DNA of 64,000 nucleotides from a virus: IMG/VR virus record IMGVR_UViG_3300042543_000303, positions 9,961 to 73,960 of that record; one strand, 5' to 3'. Shown piece by piece: positions 45,901 to 54,700 of this stretch (position 1 is its first letter; each line of letters starts with the position of its first letter). The notes under the pieces were generated by a model. It saw only the letters and a program-made list of their open reading frames with translations, ran no database searches and was not told where the DNA came from. The position numbers and the translations under genes were made by a program.

Positions 45901-47651
45901 GGCTCGCCGGACGCGTACACAGCCTTGCGGGACTTCTTATCCTCGATAATTTCCGGGTCGTTCAGAATTGGGTTGTACCAGCTCCGGTTCGGGTAAACGT
46001 GCTTCTTACCTTTGCCCTTGTGCCGCTCGTCGAGCCAATCGCGCAGCATTGGGTGGTTATACGCATTCTGAACCTTCTGCGGCTCGTACCCGGAATCCTT
46101 TATCTTCGGGTCATCGTAGTAGCGCGTCTCGTCACCGTCAATCTGCTCTTCAACGCGGTTCTCGTCGTACGTCTTTCGCTGATCCGATACCCATGACGGC
46201 CAGTCGGACAGTAGAAGCCGCAGATCGTTTGAGGTAAGCGGCGGTAGACGATTTGGGAGCGACGCGACAGGCTGATCAATTGGCGCGCGAGGCTCGGCAA
46301 CGATCCCGCGGAGATCAAGAGGCGAGTCGTCGATAATCTGAGGCCGCTGGGTAGGAGGCGGCGCGCCTTCCTCGTCCGTCGGACCAGTCTGTGACGCTGG
46401 GACGGTCGCCGATGAGCCATCGTCAAACTTAACCGTGACGGTCTTGTCGGCAGGGTTGATCGACGAGATGTTGCCAGAACGCCCGGACGTGTCGCCAGTG
46501 ATCGTGACGCGCGAACCATTCTTCGCGAAACGCCCTGTGCGATCACGCACCTGTTGACTAGCCTTCTTGCTGCGCTCCTCTGGCGTGTAGTTGCCGTCGC
46601 CATCCGAGACCTTGATGTCTGTTTCGCCGGCCGCGGTTACAGTGACAAGATCAGCGAGCTCCCAGTCAACCTCAGGCATGGCGTTCTCGACGAGAGTTGC
46701 CTCGTCAGCGTCAAGGTCATACACCGAAACCGGAGTGAACGGGTTCTGCTGCAAATGCGCCGAGACGGTGACAGCCGCGATGGGGTCGATGACAACGTGC
46801 ATTTTCTCGCAGCGGTCATACGGGTCGTCGAGCATGCGGTCATAGCCGAGCGGGTCGCCGTCAACTGTGGCGAATCGCGTCCAGCAGCCGTCGTCCCAGA
46901 GAAGAACGTCACCGGCCTCGTTCACCATATAGAGACGGTCGATACCAGTGCCGTCGAGGCGCACGCGTGCAACAAACTCTGGTGCTGCATCTTCGTCGAG
47001 CTCAAATGCGAGCTTGAACGGATCAACGTCGGCGTCATAGCTCGTTGCCAGCTCGTACTCCGAGCCGTCGCCAAACAAATCAACGCCTGGGTAGCCGCCA
47101 GACGTCAGCGCGCGCTTGTTCTCGCGCTCGACGATCGCCTTCGACCAGCGCCACGCCGCGTCACCACCCCACAACGCCCAGGCAATGCGCCCGCGCGACG
47201 GAAAACCGTCTTCACCAGGCTCGTAGCCCTTCGCCTTCTTATCAATTTCATGACGAGGAAAGTACTTTGCGATGTGGCGAATCTTCTCAATACCAATCTG
47301 ACCGCCTCGCGCAAGAGTACGCGCCGTGTTCATACCCACCGGGGTACCACCGCGCTTAAACTCCTTGCGCCACTCCAGCGCGCGCTTAGCCTCGGCTTGC
47401 ACGCCCTTCGGAATCGTGTACATGCGCCCGGAAGCGGTCAACACGCGAATATCGAGACTCGAAACAGCGCTCGAGGCAAGGTCAAACGTCGCAGGCAAAG
47501 CGGAAAGCTCGTCGGACGACCAGCTCTCACGCGCACGAAACTCCGCCGCGCTTCCGCTCGCGACAACAGTGTTCGTGCTCTCGTCAACAATAGCTGCGGC
47601 ATCGTCATCCGCGAAGAGAAGACGTGAACCATTGCGCCCAACGAGTTCCAT
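42942..47651 (-). CDS. multidomain capsid maturation protease polyprotein
   Basis: SGDGR.F, PLPL.WQ...GH.G..VVGRI, GVS.DLD, TLV.KPAF protease domain; second GRV.GH.A.W...SGDWR...VN.PGF domain; lies directly upstream of the capsid. Confidence 0.82.
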   Translation of the reverse strand: MELVGRNGSRLLFADDDAAAIVDESTNTVVASGSAAEFRARESWSSDELSALPATFDLASSAVSSLDIRVLTASGRMYTIPKGVQAEAKRALEWRKEFKRGGTPVGMNTARTLARGGQIGIEKIRHIAKYFPRHEIDKKAKGYEPGEDGFPSRGRIAWALWGGDAAWRWSKAIVERENKRALTSGGYPGVDLFGDGSEYELATSYDADVDPFKLAFELDEDAAPEFVARVRLDGTGIDRLYMVNEAGDVLLWDDGCWTRFATVDGDPLGYDRMLDDPYDRCEKMHVVIDPIAAVTVSAHLQQNPFTPVSVYDLDADEATLVENAMPEVDWELADLVTVTAAGETDIKVSDGDGNYTPEERSKKASQQVRDRTGRFAKNGSRVTITGDTSGRSGNISSINPADKTVTVKFDDGSSATVPASQTGPTDEEGAPPPTQRPQIIDDSPLDLRGIVAEPRAPIDQPVASLPNRLPPLTSNDLRLLLSDWPSWVSDQRKTYDENRVEEQIDGDETRYYDDPKIKDSGYEPQKVQNAYNHPMLRDWLDERHKGKGKKHVYPNRSWYNPILNDPEIIEDKKSRKAVYASGEPDKNTDEKKAPAKEGKALTPETSDVAPLYMAIVAADDPRAVMELVSLVPATSTSLEPATFKRLNGEWVADEKILRDLNSPTPPPVIVLDDPTLDDVLKQVDGDAALTAALEQMRDAMLMPLWGPKGEIAALVSAGGLDRNRGNAEKLRRYWLHGKGAAKIRWNTPGDWTRCVRYLAKYMGPRAKGYCALRHKEATGLWTGDKLHRQMYGRNKGMFSTDVIHTEDEVTFTTALSAQARAAKDRVLMAGGAQRADGAKFCIPLVIPEDMESGDGRSFEPDSIGVRDLPLPLMWQIKTADGHEGSVVVGRIDTMERVENGIGNAYGVFDTGAYGREAERLVREGFIRGVSADLDQFEAKHGQSEAGDDSEDRIGGDKIRIHKARVMAVTLVPKPAFQECSIQLIEDENEQPEQATEEEGDVIPDGVYVEQVDPSEAAAIVACGMIAGAIPVVPPREWFDNPELDKPAALTVTDDGRVFGHIAAWHVDHIGMAFGTRPPRSKSRYAYFHTGVLRAENGEDIPVGQLTLAGGHAALEASAEQAVRHYDDTASAIADVHAGEDRFGIWVAGALRPGVTPEQVRALRASAPSGDWRPIKGNLELVAVCQVNVPGFPIARARVASGQVMALVAAGASVLAKLKSDPMADLASRVEKLEQLEQAELSAKIDPIKETFAAAKAEQEGRLRSRMSELTLRVKGEPSYDDGFGDSTAYRMKMAKEGKALPDGSYPIGNIDSLKDSIQAYGRGKKSKRAQIRRHIMKRARQLDRPDLIPEKWKSMGTFEIDETLDEMRLRIASLTATGALAVAVEAEEMVPAVGESVDERGRYTPETQPRDDSGRFRRVLARLKQNIGDSGLTNIIEKIEEAENNENAGDYEQAAGSAGELIDMIDRIDTGALNPRALENVRATAAELGRVVANLPLPFGQDAAKVRYSDLPPALKDLIEDMIIRVADKIGDEDAAEATKVLESYKGGGDFMNQSEISSELSKLLRLLT

Positions 47652-47652
47652 G

Positions 47653-48699
47653 CTAGTCAGCCTTCTCCTCTGTCACGGGACCACCTGCAACCCACGCGCG
47701 GCACGTTCTTGCCGCCGCGCACTTAAAGTCAAACGCTTCGCAGTAGCCAAGCTCGCCAGCTTCATCAATCGCGTCAAACTCGTCCGCGTCATCGGTAAGA
47801 CCAGACGCGATGCAGTCCTTCATACGCGGAGTGATCACGAACACGGCGCAGTTACCGCAGCGCTGCTTCTTAGCCTCGTCCGGGCGCACCTGCCACTCGC
47901 TGGCAAGAGCCGCCCAGTACTCGTCGTTCGGCTCCGCTGGGTTCAACGGGCCGTACATCGCTGTCTGAATCGCGTTCTGCCGATTCTTTAGATTCAGGCC
48001 AATATCCCGGGTCGCGGGCGGGCAGGCGCCAGCGGCAGCCGCGGTAAGACCTTCCTGCACGTCCTCGTACTTCTTAACCTCGGCGAACGTCAGCTCGTCG
48101 TCATCGGAGAGCTTGGCCCAGGCTTTGATAATTTCCGGCTTGACGTCGATGACCTGTAGCCCGTCAAGCGACTCGTCATCGGCTGGAAGCTTAAACCACC
48201 CGTCACCTTCGCGCAGATAGATGCCATCAGCGCCGCTGTAGATTAGATCCTGAACTTCCTGAGTGTCAGGGTCAACCGTTACGAACAGCGACTCGTCCGC
48301 CGCGGGCGCATCCGGGCTGAACGCCATTGCTACCTCCAAGTCGATGCTTCTCTCGATTGCCTCGGCGGGAACCTCAGCGGCCAGAGAAGATGCCCACAGG
48401 CCATCGGAATCTTCAACTGCTCGTATCGTATAGATCCTACCAAGACTCGAGAACGTTATAGCTCCAGTTTTAGGGTCAATGTCAACCGAATCACGCGAAT
48501 CTACCGGGTACTGGCGCGCAACTCCGTCGTACCCGCCGACGTAGACATACGTGATCCCGTCCTGCTCAACAACTATCCGTGGAGAGTACGCTACTCGGTG
48601 GACAACCTGACCCTCGTCCTCGCTATCCAGAACCGCCGGACCCCAGGCAAGATACCCCTGGTCTTTAACCTCGTCAGGTGCCTGTCGTAGTTTACGCAC
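47653..48699 (-). CDS. head-associated protein with C-terminal Cys-rich (HiPIP-like) domain
   Basis: CPPAT...CGNC..F...GYC..FDFKC...RTC.AW. Confidence 0.65.
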   Translation of the reverse strand: MRKLRQAPDEVKDQGYLAWGPAVLDSEDEGQVVHRVAYSPRIVVEQDGITYVYVGGYDGVARQYPVDSRDSVDIDPKTGAITFSSLGRIYTIRAVEDSDGLWASSLAAEVPAEAIERSIDLEVAMAFSPDAPAADESLFVTVDPDTQEVQDLIYSGADGIYLREGDGWFKLPADDESLDGLQVIDVKPEIIKAWAKLSDDDELTFAEVKKYEDVQEGLTAAAAGACPPATRDIGLNLKNRQNAIQTAMYGPLNPAEPNDEYWAALASEWQVRPDEAKKQRCGNCAVFVITPRMKDCIASGLTDDADEFDAIDEAGELGYCEAFDFKCAAARTCRAWVAGGPVTEEKAD

Positions 48700-48710
48700 G
48701 TCATTCTCCC

Positions 48711-51700
48711 TTAGCTAATCTTGTCCATGGCGGCCTTGAGCTTCGCGCGCTCCTCAGGTGAAATATCAGGCAGATCCTCGCCCTTGGAGATAAAGATCTG
48801 CTCGATCGGGATGCCTCCGAGAGAGAAGATCCCGCGGGCTTTCAAGGCAGCGATTAGATCATCGCGCATACGAGCCTCGGGGATGAGCACATGGTCGAGG
48901 TCAGACCAGTCAAGACGATGCTTGAGCATCAGCTCATACGTGTACGGAGTAATGTTTTTGATGATGTCAGCCGTGTTGGAGCGCTTTCCGAACTTGTCGT
49001 TTTGGTTCGCGTACATATCCAGGCGCTCGAACACAGCCTCGGGCCTAAACACGATGCGAGGTCCGGAATTATACGAGTCCGAATACACTGTCGTGTCCGG
49101 GCGATAGCCCTTCGGAGCAGTAAACACGTAGTCAGCTCCGCCAGTCACGGCATCACTGGTAGACGACATTCCGTTGCGGCCAATACCCTCAGTCCAGCGC
49201 GTTGTCGTCGACAGCAGACCGTCATGCGGGCTGCCGAACAGCTCCAGGTAGTACTCAAGCCACGCCGCGCGGCGCTCATCCTCTGGCCCGCTATAGAGCA
49301 GCTTCCCTGTCGCCGTTTCCGACGGCGGAGTAATTGAATGAAGAATCGCCTTAACACCAGTAGCCTTAGCGATTTTCTCAGCAACCTCGGGAGGAAGCCT
49401 GTACTCAATGCGCCCGTCCGCTCCAGACACGACGCGAATGTCTTCTAACGCAAAACCCCACTTCTTGTAGATCTCCTCAAGCTTAGCTTCGCGCGCCGGG
49501 CCGGAAAGATTCTTAGTCGGGTTAGTCTCCTTGCCGAACAGGCTAAGCACACGATTCTCAATCAGTACCCGTGCATCTTCCTGAACGGCCGGACGCGCAT
49601 CGCGCACGCCTGCCGCGGTCATTACCTTGGCGATGTCATCCTCGGTAGCGTTACCGGGGAGAACCACCTGCACAAGATTATGGAACGCCTTAGGGCCGCT
49701 CGATGACGGGTTAGCCCCGTCGCTCGTGTTTGCCCGGTGCAAGATAACCGTAGCGGGGCCGCTATCCGTGTCGACAGTGAACTCGTACGTTCGACCGTAC
49801 CCGTTCTTGTACGCCGAGTCCGGCGCAATGCGCATCAGCCCGTCCTGATCACGACGGAGCTTACGGATTCTCAACTCCGTGCTCTTTACATCCGGATCGC
49901 CAAACACCTTCTTAGCCAAAACGGCACCGGCCCAGCTGGTCAGACGATACTTGAGCATGAGCTTCTCGTCGCCGCCCTGATCGAGCACACGAGTGACGCG
50001 CACATCCAAGTCTTCAACATCACCCGCGTCAGTCGCAACAGATGCACCTCGAGTTGCGGAGTCGGCGTCTTGACGAACATAGTCAATTGCTCCGCTCATT
50101 GACTTCACGTCTTCAAAGTTTGACTGATTCCAAGACTGCGGCTCATCGACGACAACCGCGGGCGCACCAGTCTGAATCGGCTTGCTTGACTTCTTAGGAG
50201 TGTTGCTCTTCGCGACCGGCATGTCACCAGTGCCAGACACGACAACCTTCTTGATCGAGCGAGCCTTCTTGGTCTCGTCCGGGAACTTCACGTCGACGTA
50301 TGTCCCGTTCGGCTGCAGCTTGACGACAGTACCCTCGTTGCCCTGCGCGTCAGTAACCTTCGCGCCGACCCAGATCGGGTTGCCATTTGCGTCAGGCAGC
50401 GTGGGCGCGCCTGGCGGAGGAGTAGGCACGTCGACTGCCTCCGCAGCAGCGGGCGGCGCCTCTGGCTCAGATACGTCAGCCTCGGGCTCGCTGTCGTTGT
50501 TGTCATCCTTGAACGACGTGTAGTGCTCACCGGAGACCGGGCCGATCTTCTCGAGGCCACCGTAGATTGATGCAAGCGCGTCATCAAGCGTGCCAACGCC
50601 CATTCCGGGCTTTAGTGTAATCGACCATGACTTATCGTCACCGTTGTAGCGATAGCCAGCCTTCTTCAGCGCGTCCTTAATCGGGAAGGTCTTACCCTTC
50701 ACGGTCAGAGTGACACCGGCTACCTTACCGGTGTACTTGCCCCCGACGTTGTAGTCGCTAACAAGATCGCCCTTGATGCTGTATTCGACTCCGTCACCGA
50801 CTGTGCCCGAGTAGTCGATCGCTTCGAGCGCACTCTTTGGCACGGACTTGACTACGCTGCCTGGCGTCTCCATATTTGGCAGCTTGAGATCGAGAGAATC
50901 CGCAGCAGTAGGTTCACTTGCGACAGGCTCCGGCTCCGGCGTTTCTTCAATCTCTGGAGCCGCAGGCTCTGGGGCCGCAGGCGTTGGCATCGTCGGAGCA
51001 TTGTCCTTGGGCTCTGGAACCGACCAGCCCTTGTCCTCGAGCACGGAGATCAAGGCGCTTACGCTGATCGGAGTTTCGTACCCTCCGGGAGGAGCGATGT
51101 CGACAACGGAGTCGCCGCTGTACATTGCCTCGTAGATATTCCAGCGCTGATCCTTAGCCAGGTCAAAGATATCGGCATTCGAGTATTTACCGTTTTCACC
51201 GTCGGCCAGTGATTCTGCGATGTCCGCGTAGGCCGCACTAATCGGCATACGCTCGTACTCGTACGCGGCCTTCGGCCCATTCAGCACAACGTCGGACACG
51301 ATCGCGTCGATGTCGTCACGCCCATCGCTTGTTAGACCGTCGCGTATCGCAGGAAGTAGCGCGCTTGGGATGAAAACCGATTCTGGATTCTTATCGTAGT
51401 ACGCGGGATGCCGAAGTCGCAGATAGTTGTACATGTCCACGGCAGGCTCAATACCAAGGGCATCAGCGATAGCGTCCACGCCAACCCCTCCCTGCAGGAC
51501 GGGCTCGAGAGCCATGAGCGCATCGATCTTGCTCTGGAACGTGGAAGTGTCCTCAGGCTCCCCCGGGGAAGGCGCTTCAGGCGCTTCAGGCGCTTCAGGC
51601 TCAGAAGCTGGAGACTCGTCAGAGTCTGTCAGAATCTCAAGCGTCTTCGTCGAACGCACAATCTTCTTACCCGACGCGTCCTTGACAAACACATACTTTG

Positions 51701-54700
51701 GGTTCTTATCAAACTTGACAACCTCAGCCTCGAGCCCGTCCTTTGTAGAACGAACCTTCATGCCGATCTGCAACGGCGTTCCGTCACTTGACAAATACGA
51801 ATCCGCTACAGGAGCAGACTCAGGCTCAGGCTCAGGCGACGGCTCATCAACCGTAGCAGCAGGCGGAGTGTAGTCGTCAGGAACACCAGCGGGCTCCGGC
51901 GTAGCAACACCGGCGGGCGTTTCCTTCTCGTCATCAACGTACGTGTTAACATGAGTCTCTGGCTGCTCATCATTCAAGCTCACGTAATCAAGAATGTACT
52001 GACGACGCGCCTTTAGCTTATCCGACAGCTCCTTGGCTTGCTCGGGATCCTGCACGATCGCGCCGACCATGTCTTCGATCTTGTCCGGAGTCATCGGCAA
52101 AAGCTTACGCGCGCTCTCGCGCAACTGATCCGTCGACATGCTACCAAACACTGCAAACGACTGCGCGTTCTTATTCGGGTCGCGCAGTGTGTCAAGCTCA
52201 GTGACTTCGTTGCCAAACGCGCCACCCTTCGGCGCGCCCTGCGCCCGGAAGATAAGCGCACCACCCGGGTCAACACGCACCGGGTTACCATCCGCGTCAG
52301 TGACAACGTTATCAAACACGAGACCAGCGACATCCCAGTTCGCGAGCCAGGCGTCAACAGCGAAACCGTCCTGCACCTTCTCGAGGTAGTCCTGCTCGTC
52401 GAGGCGCGAACCAAAATCGCTTGTTGCGCCGTCAATCATCGGCGACACCGTCACCAGGTCGCCATTGCCGTCGCGACCCAGATAAATTCCTGCCGCGTCA
52501 ACACCAGCCGCACGATACAAAGCCGACGCGAGCGTTTCGTTCTGCGCGTGCAAATCGCTCTTCGGGTACTTCACGTAGTAGCGGTTACCATCCGCGTCCT
52601 CGTACGTGCCACCCTTGTTCGAGCCCATCTGACCGCCGACCTGCTTCCAGTCAGAGATATCAAACTCTGACAGCGCAGTCTCGTCCCGGACCGCTGCGAT
52701 CTCATCAGCCGCGATCGACTCAGCAGGCTCAATGTCAGGCTCATCGGTCTCAGTATCAGCGTCAACGCCATCACCGGCGTTCGCCACGTCGCGCAGAATT
52801 TCGTCCGTGTCGAATCCCTGAATCTGCAGCGCGTCGCGAATAGCCTCGACGGGGATCTGTGCAGTGTAACCCTCGTCAAGCGGGTACTCAAACGAGCCAA
52901 ACCCGGTGCCATCCTCGACACCGGCGCGAAGCTGCTCGATCAGATCGTTCGTTTCCCACATCTCCGCAAGATACAGAGGGCTATCCGTAAAGCCTTCCGG
53001 AACCCCCTCATAGTTATCGCCCTCAGGGTACTCAGGCTCATACGTGTCAGGGCTAACGTCGTGGTAACCTTCCGGCATCTCGACGTATTCATTCTCAGAC
53101 AGCAATGACGAGTAATCGCCATTCGCGTTGTACCGCGCCCACTCTGGCGTAGTCATCGGGCGAAGATTAACGACGTACGTATCCTTGGTTTCGCCACCGT
53201 ACGTAGGCGCGGTCTCCTTTGTCACCGAATCCACGACGTACTGGCCCCAGACGACATCCTCGTGCTCGTGGAAGAACCAAGAAAGACGCTCGATGTTCAT
53301 TGACGTAGCTTCACCGGCGTCCAGTCGAAAAACAACACCCGCCGTGTTATCATCTGACTTAAAGTTACGCTTCGCATACGAATCAGCGGTCGACTCTTCC
53401 CAGGTCCAGCTAGACGGAGCAAAGTTAATAACTGAACCCTCAGTCGTGTACAACTCAAAGTCTTCGTCAAAGATCGACATGTCAACGCCTCGGAACACCG
53501 GCCTCTGATTCGCTGACGCGCCAGCGGCAAGGATTTCCGCGAACGCACGATAGATTTCAGAGCCTTCCTCACCCGCCGCGAACGCGCTCTTTGACTCCTT
53601 AAAATCGTCAATACTGCCAAGCTGCTTGTAGATCTCGCTAGCGAGCGCAGAAACTGCGTTGTAATCAGAATCGTCAATACCGCTGTAGTCCGCGAGGGCT
53701 TTAGCCACTTCCCTTAGCCCAGTGCTGACTACTCCCCCGTCCCCATTGTCGATGTGCTGGAACAGTCCCCACCAACTTGCAATAAGAGCCTTATCGCTGT
53801 CGCTTGCCGTGTCGCTCATCACTCCAGCAAGCGCTGGCGCCAAGAACTCAGCAATGGCGGCGCGATTTGCCATAGCCTCAGATTCATCGGCGGGGATCGG
53901 AAGCTGCATCGCGAAATTGCGAAGCTCACGAACACCAGGCTGGAGCTCATCGACATCGATCGCGGAGATTTCCGCCGCGATATTAAGCTTCTCGAGCTGG
54001 CGCTGGCTAACGTAGACATCAGGCTCGGCTTCCTCTACGCTTTCTTCCTCGAGAATCTCGTCAAGCTCATCGGCAACAACCTCTGGCTCCTGCTCGCGAA
54101 TCTCAGCCAGCGGCACGCTGCCGCCTTCGCCGCGCGACTCGTTGAGTGCGTCACGGTTCTGCGAATCACCAGCGCGCGAGTCGTACATGTCCGCGACAAG
54201 CCCGTCAATGTCAACACCGCGCTCCTGCAGCGCCAGGTACAGCGCCTCGGCAGGGACGTACTCGTCGCCGCCGTCAAACGCGAGCTTGCCCGAACCGGTC
54301 GCCGTGTTATTCGTCTTCTTCTTAGGCTTCGGGCCAGGCTTGCTCTTCTTAGGCTTCGGCGCATCCTCGTCATCCTCGCTCGGCTCGTCGTCGAGCTGCT
54401 CAAGGAATGAATCAGCGAAACTCTTATCGTTGACCAGCGCCTCGGCAAGCGCCTCGGTCAGCTGCTCCTCGCTGAACTTCTGCGCAAGAACACGCGGGTC
54501 ATCAGTGTAATCAGCGCTATCCTCGTCAACACGACCCTCGGGCTCAAAGAAGTCCAGGTTCATCTTGTACGCGCCCTCAGGCACGTTGACGAAATCAAAA
54601 GACTGCGAAGACGCAGGCGAGGGCGGCTCTTTCGCTTCAGGTGCGTCCGGCAATTCGACGATCGACTCCGGCACGCTCGGCTGCGACGAAGAGGCGCCCT

